Positions 1 through 12,715 of a stretch of 64,000 nucleotides of DNA are shown one piece after another; the first letter of the stretch is position 1, and each line of letters opens with the position of its first letter. Below the pieces are notes generated by a model, which ran no database searches, was not told the origin of the DNA, and worked only from the letters and a program-made list of their open reading frames with translations. The stretch comes from Octopus sinensis. Its lineage: Eukaryota. The stretch covers positions 94,116,001 to 94,180,000 of the forward strand of contig NC_042998.1 of assembly GCF_006345805.1 (NCBI RefSeq), given 5' to 3'. The translations under genes and the position numbers were made by a program.

Positions 1-620
1 TAAGTGACAAAAAATTTGGGGAGAAGATGCTACAATCAGAGTCTCCAAAAGAAAGTTTATGAAGTGGAGCAAGACTGCTGCAAACTCTTAGATGAAGGAA
101 GGGTCCATTCAGAAACCAAGCGTACTATAACATTTTTAGGGAGGAGCCTGGGAGTTTGTCATAGGTCCGTGCTTGGCTCTCCAGGTCCTGGACTTCCTTC
201 TTCTAGACACTGGATATAATAAAGTTGAAGGAATGGTTGTCCAACCAGCCAGAGTGCTAATTCTCTCAATCATTGCCATGAAGGTGTTACTACATGGTAT
301 TTTGTTTATAGAACAATTTACTCAACCCAAACTGGCAGCAAACCAACTTGATTATGCGCCTGCTCTTTCAGACAAATTAGTCAAAATATTTCTCCAAATC
401 ATAAAATTATAATTTTGCTTCAACTTGGATAGTCTCCAAATTTGAACCTTATTGGAAAATTAATGGCAGATCAAGAAGTCAAAGTGAATTCGAGAACTTT
501 TCAAAGCAGGGAATCTTTATCTGTAGTAGCTTCATGCAAAATGGTACAAACTAGAGAGCATATTAAAAATGTGCTGGTAGATTGTAACGAAGCTTCATTT
601 ACAACCTTCCAACATACTCC
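1..620 (+). mobile_element. Degraded Tc1-type transposase remnant, truncated by the window edge
   Basis: QLDYAPALSDKLVKIFLQ (~340-395) resembles QQDNAPAH..LVK.FL. SPNLNLIGKL (~433-462) resembles SPDLNPIENL. The frame is broken by stops and frameshifts. Confidence 0.55.
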
Positions 621-925
621 TAATATTTTACAAAGATGTCCTTTTCCTAAAAAAAGCACACTTCACTTCATAGCATACAAACATATTTTATATTTTTTTT
701 ACTTTTGCATTTTCTGATAAAGACTATCATTTGTTTTCTTAGATGTTTTATTGTTGTTTTTTTTCCAGCTAATGCTAGAAGCAATACTTGTTAAATTTTT
801 GTTATGAATAAATATGAATTCAAAACAGGATTTGATTTTGAAAAAAAGCTGAATGCTGGTTTCCCCCCCCCCCAAAAAAAATCAAGATTTTTGCAGATGT
901 TCCGGCTTGTTTTTTTTTTTATCAA

Positions 926-964
926 ATGTATGTATGTATGTATGTATGTATGTATGTATGTATG

Positions 965-1003
<39 letters not shown>

Positions 1004-1440
1004 CATTGTTCAGTTTTATTTCAAGATTTCTTGCCACTAGAGAAAGAACTAGTTTCTAACCTAGATCCAAGGTTCCTTCGTTGGAATTTCAACAGCAACA
1101 ACAGGTTATTTTTTTAAATATGTATGTATGTATATATGTATATGTGCAAATTTGTATGTTTTGTTTTATGTATGTATTCTCATGCATATAGTTGCATATG
1201 TATGTATGTACGTACGTATGTACATATGTATATGTGTACGTATGTATGCATGAATGTTTGTATGTATGAATATATGAATCTATTTATGTATGCATGCATA
1301 TATGTACGTACATATTTACATGTATGTATGTGTGTGTATGAATGTATGTATGAATGCATGCATGTATGTATGCATGTGTGCATATGTGTGTGTGTATGTA
1401 TGCATGTATGTATGCAAGTATGTAAGTATGTATGTTTTGT
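926..1440. repeat. (TATG)n/(TG)n microsatellite and degenerate TATG tract
   Basis: Directly visible; source of the MYVC-type spurious ORFs. Confidence 0.95.
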
Positions 1441-1719
1441 AAATACTTGAAGTTTTTTACCTTTGCAGAATTCAGACCAGTTGCAATCAACATGGCAAGG
1501 CTCTTTTGTTTAATTCAAGACAGTTCTTGGGATTTGTGGTTACCTGAATGGATTGATGTATGCATATATGAGTGCATGTTGTGAGCATGTATGTGCATGT
1601 GGATAAATTTGCTCTTGTGAGTATGTGTATCACAACAGAAAACAAGTGTGCACACTTCATTAATGTTTATGTGTATGAATGTGTAGCAGACGCTTAGTGA
1701 AATTCTCTTTCTCTCTCTC

Positions 1720-2365
1720 TGTTATATATAACATAAATACGGATGTAGCAGATAACAGCTAGCCTTTGGCAGCTTGGACCCTGTTGTGTCCACTAATTTG
1801 ATTGGTTTGTTTTGGTGCGGTTTGTCTCTTGCTCTATTACGCGCCAATATGCAACCCAACCAATCTCAGCCTTCTGATAAGGTCCCGTGACACAGTCTTC
1901 TAAATCTCCATTGGAGCCTACTGGTCCCTATAAAAAGCTAGTTCAACACTGAGTCGAGGTCTTTGGGCTCTAGACCTTCTAAAGTCTAACCACTGACCAC
2001 AGAGCACACAGCCAGTTCCAGTGACAGACAACACCAGCAACAACACGGAGAAACATCAACACATCGTCCAGCAGCATACAGGACGTCCATCTCTGTCACC
2101 TCCATCTTCTTAACGACGCCAACATCTCTATGTACACCAGCAACTTGCCAGGTTCTATCTCCTCACTGTTTGTGAATTACTTCACCGTAGTTAACAGCAA
2201 ATACAACCTGCAAGATCTTCCTGTAACAAGTAACAGACTCTGCATTGTAGCCACCACATCCACATGCCTCAACTGGCTCGCTCCCTTTGTCACATCAACA
2301 TTGCCTGTATACTGCTCTATATTAATTACTCATTCAGTTTGTGGTATGGCCTCTTGTGAGTGACA
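1720..2365 (+). mobile_element. Solo LTR, probably Gypsy-type
   Basis: Starts TGTTA and ends TGACA. A 4-bp direct repeat TCTC flanks it (1716-1719, 2366-2369). It has CCAAT motifs and a TATA-like CCTATAAAAAG (~1927), and is GC-richer than its flanks. Confidence 0.6.
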
Positions 2366-2904
2366 TCTCTGGTATGGTTTTGTCATTCAGTCTAAAGAAT
2401 GTTTCTAGAAAATTGACAATGATAATATGAGTATAAATGGTAATGTTAGGTCTTATTCTCTAAAATAATTTAATCAGATCTTTCCTAAATCTATCTACCT
2501 TATGACCATTATAATTTCTCAGTAGAATTAGACCATCATCACAATATAAGCCACAATCCATTACAGGAAATTTCTTTCTCAATGTCTAGAATATACATCC
2601 CCATAAATCCATTCACCTGAGCTCCATCATACACTCCTATAGTTACATCAAAAAATTCATCCCTGTCGTTTTTTTTAACTCATGTTTCATTATCATAAAA
2701 CCAGAGTAATTTTTTCACTTTCATAATGACATTAATGTCTGACTTGCTAATATCAGTAATTCTATTTGCAAAATCTAGAGCTTTATTTTAAAAAATAGTT
2801 ATTGAAGAATTAATGTCTACTATATCAAACTATGAGAATGTACAGTGTCTCATTTCTTATCCCAATGAAACCATTCTTGCACTTTTAATGCGTGTATGTA
2901 TGTA

Positions 2905-2995
2905 AATAGGTAGGTAGATATGTAGGTAGGTAGGTTGATAGGTAGGTAGGTAGGTAGGTAGGTAGGTAGGTAGGTAGGCAGGAAGGTAGGTAGGT
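2905..2995. repeat. (TAGG)n microsatellite
   Basis: Directly visible. Confidence 0.95.
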
Positions 2996-3332
2996 ACATA
3001 TGTACATACGTAGGTATTATGTGTGAATGTATAAACATATATATATGTATATAAAAACTGCATTTTATTTAAACATCTATTGGATGAAAGACTGTTCTAG
3101 TTTTATCTTTTTTATGAAATACGTTTTTTATTATTTTTTTATATTTTCATGGATTTTTTTGGTAAACAAATTGCAGAAAACTCTTAAGAAAATATGCTGA
3201 AATCCTTGATAAAAAATGAAACTAGAACATGACCATATTTTTAGTACAACAGACATACATACACACTCATGCGTGCATACATATACACTTAAACATATTT
3301 ATGTATACATATATGTGTGTGTGTGTGTGTAT

Positions 3333-3379
<47 letters not shown>

Positions 3380-3445
3380 ATTATTATTATCTGAGGGAAT
3401 ATTTGAGGGAATATATAAATATAAATATATATATATGTGTGTGTG

Positions 3446-3486
<41 letters not shown>

Positions 3487-3489
3487 ACC

Positions 3490-4192
3490 CAGAGTGCTGT
3501 GAATAAATTGTCATCTAAATGTTTCAGGGACATGACAAGCCAATGGTTGTTCTGTGTGTTCAATGTCTGATCCTGGTGGAAATTTTTCTTGTCTGAGAAA
3601 AACCAAAGCATGTTCTGTTGGAGGAGATGCTTGAGTTCAAAAGCTTTGTAGCTTGGTTTTTCCTCTTGTTCTTGAGGGCTTGGGATAAAAACTGGCCCTT
3701 TCTCATCTTGTATGAGGAATACCGAATGTCTTCATGCACTCCCTGCCTGATAAGAAACTCAGATAATCCCATGTCCCTGGTGATGGACCTGATTTATTTG
3801 GAGGGATCATTGTTAATCATGGCCTGGATCTCACCAAAAACTTCAGGAGTTTTGATCTTACCAAAATGATCAGAGTAAGTTTTCTGAGCTGCCGTACTTT
3901 CATAATCACCATTAGACTCATCCAACTCTTTCTGAATCTTCTACACTGTCTTCAGATTGACACCCAAACACTCTGAAATGTTCGTATTAGAGCTTCTGGC
4001 ATGAATACCAAGCAGTACAGCATGTTGTTCCCAAAGTTCTGGCAGAGTGAATTGCATCATGGTGCTGTTTTTCTCACAGATGGCGCTCAACTGACCCTAC
4101 TATACTGTGTAGTCAACAAAGTCAAAAACAAGCAATACACAAGTGTGGAATTAAAAATATAAAAATGGTGACAACTTACTCATCGCACCCTG
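3490..4192 (-). mobile_element. Internally deleted Tc1/mariner element, maT/DD37D-like
   Basis: Imperfect TIRs CAGAGTGCTGTGAATAAATTGTCA (3490) and the reverse complement CAGGGTGCGATGAGTAAGTTGTCA (to 4192, followed by TA). Transposase fragments include FFSDKKNFHQDQTLNTQNNHWL. The C-terminal half is deleted. Confidence 0.7.
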
Positions 4193-4199
4193 TATATGT

Positions 4200-4560
4200 A
4201 TATCATCATCATTGTTTAACGTCCACTTTCCATGCTAGCATAGGTTGGATGATTTGACTGAGGGCTAGCGAACCAGATGGCTGCACCAGGTTTCATTCTT
4301 GATCTGGCAGAGTTTCTACTGCTAATTGCCCTTCCTAATGCCAACCACTCCGAGAGTGTAGTGGGTGCTTTTATGTACTGCCGGCACGGGGCCAGTCAGG
4401 TGGTACTGGCAACGACCTCGCTCGAATCTTTTACACATGCCACTGGCACAGGTGCCAGTAAGGCAATGTTGGTAATAATCACACTTGAATGGTATTTTTT
4501 ACATACCACAGGCACGGAGGCCAGGTAGCTGCTCTGGCAACGATCATGCTCGGATGGTGC
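4200..4560 (-). mobile_element. RTE LINE 3' UTR fragment with (GAT)n tail
   Basis: Matches the 3' end of the long RTE at 59900-60300, including the CCATGCTAGCAT motif. Confidence 0.85.
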
Positions 4561-4942
4561 TCGATGTGTAAATATATATATATAATTCCAAGAAAGTTAG
4601 AGGTTGTGAATCCAACCAACTAAGGGATAAGTTTGCTTTTTTAGAAGCATTGAGATGTATTGAAATATACAGATATGGAAATATTTTATACGTAAAACCA
4701 AGAAAGAGAGAACAAATTTCAAAGTTCAGCGTTCATATTCACTCAATATATTCCAAAGCATCGGAATACTTCACAAATGCGACCTTATACCTTGAGGTAT
4801 AAGGACACAGTTGTGAGTTGGTAACCAGCTGGAAAAGATGTTTTCCTGGGGCTAAAAAATTAGTAACATCGTTCTAATCGGGACTGCCACTTTACATTGG
4901 CAAATAGATTTTACTCTAAAGATATATAGATATATATATTAA

Positions 4943-5139
4943 TATATTAGTGCCCATGGTCCTTTTTTAGGACCAGAAGGATAATTCATCATATTTCTGC
5001 AATACCTGTTTAGTCATCAAGACTGGAGTGTCTTTCAAATATTGTAATAAAAACTTTATATATATATTTAGTATCAGATAAAATTGTATGAAAAAAGAGT
5101 TTTGCTAATAAATAAAAAAAAAATTTTGACACTAATGGG
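4943..5139. mobile_element. Possible piggyBac-type MITE remnant
   Basis: Right end GACACTAATGGG|TTAA; left end TTAA|TATATTAGTGCC is a degenerate match. Confidence 0.3.
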
Positions 5140-5253
5140 TTAATGTTTTGCATCTATATCAGTCTGATGATGGCTTACACACACATATATATATTTGTTG
5201 ATCTGTGCATATATTTATATATATACATATATATATATATACATATACACATA

Positions 5254-5338
<85 letters not shown>

Positions 5339-6214
5339 GTGTGTGTATGGAGCATGTTTGCTTCATTTCTTATTAGCTTTCACAGATCCTCTACATTTCT
5401 TGTGCATCTACAGTTGGCACTGTATACACCATATGGTGTGCAGAGGTTCTATCTACTCCTACATATTGAGCATTAAAGATCTGTGCATGCACACACACAC
5501 ACGCATACGACAGTCTTCTTTCAGTTTCCATCGACCAAATCCTTTCACAAGGCTTCAGTTAGCCTGAGGTTATGGTAGAAGACCCTTAGTGCATGCAGTG
5601 GGACTGAACCCAGAACCTTGTAGGTGAGAAGAGAGATTCTTACCACACAGGCATGCTGTACCTGTGTGTATATGTATTTTGCATGAGGTGTAAAATTACC
5701 CAGGTTTCGCCTGTAGGCATATGGTAAAACCATTTGGAGATGGAAAACTCCAAAATCAGTCTTCCACTGACATGTGGATATCCATTAACTTGAAACATCC
5801 AGGAAAAGGCTCTTTGATATAAAATCTACAATTAAAATAGCTTCCAGTCATCTTTCTTTCGATTGTCATTTGATATTTAACTATTGATATTTAGAGAATG
5901 GCATAAGTATTATACAATATGTATCACTCTAATCCAATGATGTATTGATGTCTCATTAGTAAGACATATCTACTGACAAAATGGAACAATCTTCAAATAT
6001 TCATGTGCGTGCACGTGTTTTATGTATATTTGTGTGTGCATATATATACATATACATATATATATATATCATATGTATGTATAAGAGTTATACACTGAGG
6101 GAAAGCTACTAAGTGGTTTGCCATCACACTAGAAATAGGAGTTAAATCCCAAACCACGAAAAAGCTATTCTTATTTTGACACATTGAATGTAGATGGGCA
6201 GAACAATTTGAGAG

Positions 6215-6287
<73 letters not shown>

Positions 6288-7076
6288 CACATATATATAC
6301 ATATATATATATATTAATATATATGAGTTTTCGTTTTTCATGGTCGTTTTATTAAAGTTTGTTTGTATCGGGACTTGTACGTATGTATATGTATGTGTGA
6401 GTATGTATATGGTTATGTTTGTGGGTGTGTGTATATATGTGTGTGTATTTGTGTGTATTGTGTTAGGGTTTGTATAGTTATATTTATACTTGTATGTATG
6501 GATTTCATTTCCATTCATAATTTTAAAAAAATGTTTGATATCCACGTGCTAAGAATTGTTCGGTTTTCTTTTGAGTGTTTATGTATGTGTGAAAATGTGT
6601 GTGTGTGTGTGTGTGTGTGATTGTTTGCGTAATTTATTTATCTGTATGGGTGTGGGTGTTTATATATTGGTATATATCGTGTTCTGTATGTATGTGTATG
6701 TATATGTATGTGTGAGCGGGTATATGTATATTGTTTATGAATTGAGTGTTGTATGTGTGTGTGAGGAAGTATGAATAAGTAATGTGTTGAGTGTATGAGC
6801 ATGTGTGTGTTGTTTTTTGTTTTTAGGTTTTGGTTTTTGTTTTTTTTTTGCTTGTTGTTTTTTGGTTTTTGTACATTTTTAAATATGAGAACTTTTATAA
6901 TAGGTTTTTATATTCAATTGTTTATAGGGTTTATTTTAGATTATTTTAGATTATATATTGATTATATATAGATTATATATAGATTATATTTTTATTTTTT
7001 TACATTCTTTCATTGATAATTTTATTGTTTTATTATTTTAAATTATTTTAAATTATATTTTAAAATATTGCTATTT

Positions 7077-7225
7077 TTAGATCGAAAATCCACCTGAAGA
7101 TTGTCCGTAGCAGACATGAAACATTTGTAGTGGCGGTTTATTTAATTTATATAAAAATTTTATGTATTGATTAAGTCTTTCTTTGTTTGGTTTTGAAATA
7201 GTGGTTTTGTCTCGAATTATATTAT
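7077..7225 (+). mobile_element. Penelope-like terminal-repeat fragment with minimal hammerhead motif
   Basis: CCAC-CTGAAGA-TTGTC/GACAT-GAAA-CATTTG-TA-GTGG at 7090-7133; same family as 23601-23758. Confidence 0.65.
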
Positions 7226-7323
7226 ATATGTATATATATATATATATATTATATATATATATATATATGTACATATATAATATATACATATATTTATATA
7301 CACATATATATATACATTTATAC

Positions 7324-7387
<64 letters not shown>

Positions 7388-7615
7388 ATCAACATAAGCA
7401 ACAAGGATATCCAAGGTAGAGTAGTACAATTGTTTCATGCTGCTTTATTTTTATTACCCCTGTAAGTATTACATCAGTTTTAAAATGTCGAGCCATCTTC
7501 AGCCACATATAGAATTTTTCAATTAAACGGATAATGCACATTCTTATACTTATCTCATTTGCCAACATTACAAAGAGGGTTGATATATAGACAGAGAGGT
7601 TAATTTCATCATTAA

Positions 7616-7680
7616 GAACATGATGGTAGTATGTTCATTCATACAGACAGATGGAGAATGAACATACTACCATCATGTTC
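7616..7680. repeat. Perfect 25-bp inverted repeat with 15-nt loop
   Basis: 7616-7640 is the exact reverse complement of 7656-7680. Confidence 0.95.
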
Positions 7681-7686
7681 TATAAG

Positions 7687-7894
7687 TTATAAACAAGGGC
7701 AAAAGAAAATTATTTCTATGCCAATATGCTGATAATAGACTTTTAAATCATCAATTTCCACATATTATTATATACCCACTACAGAAATGCGTTTTTCTGT
7801 AGTGGGTATATAATAATATGTGGAAATTGACGATTTAAAAGTCTGTTATCAGCGTATTGGCATACAAATAATTTTCTTTTGCCCTTGTTTATAA
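7687..7894. repeat. 101-bp-arm palindrome with 6-nt loop
   Basis: 7687-7787 vs 7794-7894, 4 mismatches; a third partial arm copy lies at 8046-8084. Confidence 0.95.
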
Positions 7895-8082
7895 GTTGTT
7901 TATAATTTTAACCTTAAAGGTATTTTAATATGCTGCCACTTTTTTGATGAAATTTTTCTGTAAAAAAACTTCATCCTATATTAGTAGTATATATATATAT
8001 ATATATACATACATACAAATTGAGATAGGGGTTATATATATATATAACTTATAAACAAGGGCAAAAGAAAATTTCTATGCCA

Positions 8083-8123
<41 letters not shown>

Positions 8124-8563
8124 AAAGATGGGGTGGGGAAATAGCACAGAAGTAAGTCTAAGACATTTCAATTTAAGAGGGAATTTAACAAAAATGACTT
8201 AAAAATTATATAAAGAAAATATTACCAGTTTCAATGAATTTCATCTTATCAAATATCAGTAAAAATTTATAAAAATTTGATGTAAAAATAGTTCATCTTC
8301 TGTCTGGGGATCAAGAATATATATATGTAGGTAGTGAGCTGGAAAAATCATTACCATGCCAGGGAAAATGCATAGTGGCATTTCTTCTGACTTAATGTTC
8401 TTGGTTGAAATGCCATCAGGATTCCCTTTGCCTTTCATCCTTTAAGGGTTGATAAGTACCAGTTGTGTAATGAGGGTTGATGTAATTGACCAACTCCACT
8501 TCTCTGAAATTGCTGGCCTTGTTCTAAAATTTGAAACCAATGCATACATGTATATACAGGTCA

Positions 8564-9005
8564 GGCATGGCTGTGTGGTAAGTAGCTTGCTTACCAACCA
8601 CATGGTTCTGGGTTCAGTCCCACTGTGTGGGACCGTTGGCAAATATCTTCTACTATAGCCTCAGGTCAACCAAAGTCTTGTGAGTGGATTTAGTAGACAG
8701 AAACTGAAAGAAGCTCGTTGTGTGTGTGTGTGTGTGTGTGTGGTTGTGTGTGTGTGTGTGTGTGTGTGTGTCTGTGTGTCTGTGTGTCTGTCTGTGTTTG
8801 TGTGTCTGCTCTTGTCCTTCCACCATTGCTTGACAAGTTATGTTGGTGTGTTTACATCCCTGTAACTTAATAGTTCGGCAAAAAGAGACCGATAGAATAA
8901 ATACTAGGCTTACAAAGAATAAGTCCAAGGGGTTATTCGTTCAACTAAAGGTGGTGGTGCTCCAGAATGGCTGCACTCAAATGACTGAAACAAATAAAAG
9001 AATAA
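8564..9005 (+). mobile_element. tRNA-derived SINE, family A (octopus-type), microsatellite in the middle
   Basis: Pol III box A-like TGGCTGTGTGG and box B-like GGTTCAGTCCC; many dispersed copies in this window. Confidence 0.85.
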
Positions 9006-9922
9006 AATAATATATATCTATATACAGATATATATTTATATATATACACGTATACATACATACATACATAAATACATACATACATACATACATACATACT
9101 TACATACATACATACATACATATGTATGTGTGTATATATATATATACACACATTTATATACAAAAGAGTGAGGAGGTTAGGTCAGGTAACCCAACTAATA
9201 GGTATGCGTTCTGAGTGCTCCAATAGGTACCGTGGGCAAATATCTTCTACTATAGCCTCAGGTCACCAAAGTCTTGGAGTGGATGTAGTAGACAGAAACT
9301 GAAGAAGCTCGTGTGTGTGTGTGTGTGGTGTGTGTGGTGTGTCTGGTGTCTGTGTGTCTGTCTGTGTTTGTGTGTCTGCTCTTGTCCTTCCACCATTGCT
9401 TGACAAGTTATGTTGGTGTGTTTACATCCCTGTAACTTAATAGTTCGGCAAAAAGAGACCGATAGAATAAATACTAGGCTTACAAAGAATAAGTCCAAGG
9501 GGTTATTCGTTCAACTAAGGTGGTGCTCCAGAATGGCTGCACTCAAATGACTGAAACAAATAAAAGAATAAAATAATATATATCTATATACAGATATATA
9601 TTTATATATATACACGTATACATACATACATACATAAATACATACATACATACATACATAATACATACATACATACATACATACATACTTACATACATAC
9701 ATACATACATATGTATGTGTGTATATATATATATATACACACATTTATATACAAAAGATGTGAGGAGGTTAGGTCAAGGTAACCCAAACTAATAGGTATG
9801 CGTTCTGAGTGCTCCAATAGGTACCGTGGGCAAATATCTTCTACTATAGCCTCAGGTCAACCAAAGTCTTGTGAGTGGATTTAGTAGACAGAAACTGAAA
9901 GAAGCTCGTTGTGTGTGTGTGT

Positions 9923-9956
<34 letters not shown>

Positions 9957-10436
9957 TGTGTCTGTGTCTGTATGTCTGTGTGTCTGTGTGTCTGTCTGTG
10001 TTTGTGTGTCTGCTCTTGTCCTTCCACCATTGCTTGACAAGTTATGTTGGTGTGTTTACATCCCTGTAACTTAATAGTTCGGCAAAAAGAGACCGATAGA
10101 ATAAATACTAGGCTTACAAAGAATAAGTCCAAGGGGTTATTCGTTCAACTAAAGGTGGTGCTCCAGAATGGCTGCACTCAAATGACTGAAACAAATAAAA
10201 GAATAAAATAATATATATCTATATACAGATATATATTTATATATATACACGTATACATACATACATACATAAATACATACATACATACATACATACATAC
10301 TTACATACATACATACATACATATGTATGTGTGTATATATATATATATATACACACATTTATATACAAAAGATGTGAGGAGGTTAGGTCAAGGTAACCCA
10401 AACTAATAGGTATGCGTTCTGAGTGCTCCAATAGGT
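8632..10436 (+). repeat. Tandem triplication of a ~600-bp unit (SINE body plus microsatellites)
   Basis: Units 8632-9228, 9229-9822 and 9823-10436, with junction CAATAGGT|ACCGTGGGC repeated. Confidence 0.9.
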
Positions 10437-10734
10437 AATCCACCACAAATTCCAGTTAGAAGAGCAGCTAGAGTTGTGGTTATGTGAATGTCTGGCAGCT
10501 GGTAGTTTACCTTTGAGTCAGTAGGTGTCGGTTAAAATAGTGAAGAAAGCATACAATTATGTAAGGCAGGACTATGACATTTAAATTCGTTTAATTCAAT
10601 CCAAAAATTGTAAAATAATTCAAAAGTTTAGAAGTGATTTTACTATTTTTAGATTAAATTAGATGAATTTAAATGCCATAAGTCTGCCTTGACTAATTGT
10701 TTTCCTTTCTCACTTCTTTAACTGACATACATAT

Positions 10735-10830
10735 ATGTATACATACATACATACATACATACATACATACATACATACATACATACATACAAACATACAT
10801 ATTTACATACATACATATTTACATACATAC

Positions 10831-10861
<31 letters not shown>

Positions 10862-10895
10862 CATACATACATACATACATACATACATACACACA
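10735..10895. repeat. (CATA)n microsatellite
   Basis: Directly visible. Confidence 0.95.
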
Positions 10896-11160
10896 TAATA
10901 TATAATCTATCCAGATTACAAGTTCAGATTTATACCTGTAATTATTGGGGCACTAAGATATGTAATACACTGCTTAAATACCAATCCAGAAAGGAGAAAG
11001 CTGATTCAGAGACTACAAAGCCAAGTCATCACTGGAACTATAAAAATCTGTAAAACTTTCCAGAAGTTTATCATATAAACAATATATGACATGCAAGTAT
11101 ATGCATGAGAAGACCTGCACATATACATAGATGCATACATACATACATACAAAAATACCC

Positions 11161-11444
11161 TGTAGTGAGGCACAAGAAGCCAGCACCATTTTTTACGAGA
11201 TCTTGTCAGTAGCCATTACCACGTCTGAGACAGGAGCAAGATCTTGCCTGCAACCAATTGCCACGTGCAAGATGACAGCGAGACTCTCATCGGCAATGAC
11301 TATATAAGTGAGAGCATTAAGACATTCAACCTCTTTTTCTTCCTTCTCACTTACGCTGAGAAACACTATGAAGCTGGCAGTTTACAGCGGATTCTTATCC
11401 TGCTCTAACTTCCCTTGTTATCTTAAGAGGTGATGTACCTCACA
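11161..11444 (+). mobile_element. Possible short solo LTR
   Basis: TG...CA ends with subterminal TGAGGCAC/GTACCTCA. It has CCAAT, CACGTG and TATATAAG motifs; no TSD is seen. Confidence 0.4.
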
Positions 11445-12715
11445 TGAACGGAGCTATAATGAACCACGTGCTGCCATAAAGATGGTCACTGGGAGCAAGC
11501 CACATGAGCGAGAACTAAATAAACAACTATTGAATAGCACTCTGTTTTGTAAGCTTCTTCTTCGAGTTCCAGATTCTAAGACTACAGAAATAATTGTAAT
11601 GGGAGAAGGAGACACTCCACAGGTATGACAAGCCTTCAATTCCATTATACCCTGTGGTTAATGTTGAAATTCCAATGAAGTTGCCTTGGATATAGGTTAG
11701 AAACTGGCTCTTTCTCTATTGGCAAGAAATCTCAAAATAAAACTGAACTATAACATACATAAATCCACTCCTCATAAAGGTTTAGTTTGCCTGGAGCTAT
11801 AGAGGATGTATTCTCAAATGCTCAGTGGTGAAACTGAGCCCAAAATTGCATTGTTGAGAAGCAAGCTTCTTAACCATACAGTCTGTGGTTTCCCCAGTTC
11901 AAACGCTTTGAGAGATGATTGACATATTTCATTCCAATTGGACAAAACCAGAGCATCTTCTCTACCAGTTCTTCATGACTTCCTAACACTGATTTAATGG
12001 TGGTAGATTAGTCATGTCTCTACTGGATACGAAACAATTGCTGATGATTCAGATAGCCAATGAAATGAATTCATGAGATGAAGATATTTTATTCCATATT
12101 TGCTCTGTGTGATATATCTTAAATTTGATATATCCATTTATTGATTTCCCATAGATTACGTCATAGCACATAGTTATTTCTTTTAATAACCACTTCAGCA
12201 CTTTTGTGAATAAGTGACCAGACAAAATGTGTGTGTGTATGTGTGTGTGTATGTGTGTGTGTATGTGTGTGGTGTGTGTGTGTGTATAGAGAGAGATACA
12301 TACATATATACATACATATACATATATAAATATATATGTATGCTCATATATATATATGTAGTGAAAATAGAAAAAGGAGACAAATGCTCAAGATGTTATT
12401 AAATCATTTATATCTTCATATTTCCTACATTTGTTTCAATGGATGCACTCAAAATATGCCCAACAGGATGAATAATGGTCAGCTATGCAGCAATCTCTTC
12501 AGTGAGGATATAAATAACAGTACTCATCAAACAGACATGTTAACAGATATATTCTGTTAAAATTTATATCCTATTTTTCTCCTATATACATCTTGCTTGT
12601 CTCCAGATTGAAATCCCACACAAGTGCATCCACTACTGCCTAAGACACTTAAGCAACATTTAGCTACTTTGTAATTATTTCCTCAGATCCTTCCTATATA
12701 TTGTACACTTATATA

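Noticed and set aside
5690-5735. Minus-strand GCCT/AGGC-GAAA-CCTGGG-TA half-hammerhead
   Set aside because: The CTGANGA core and the 5' strand of stem I are missing; at most a decayed remnant.
8564-8640. tRNA-like sequences with boxes A and B (also 55720-55791)
   Set aside because: They are SINE heads continuing into SINE bodies, not complete cloverleaf tRNA genes.
12035-12080. CTGATGA...GAAA-TGAATTCA-TG
   Set aside because: There is no stem I or stem II pairing, and the cleavage position would be G.
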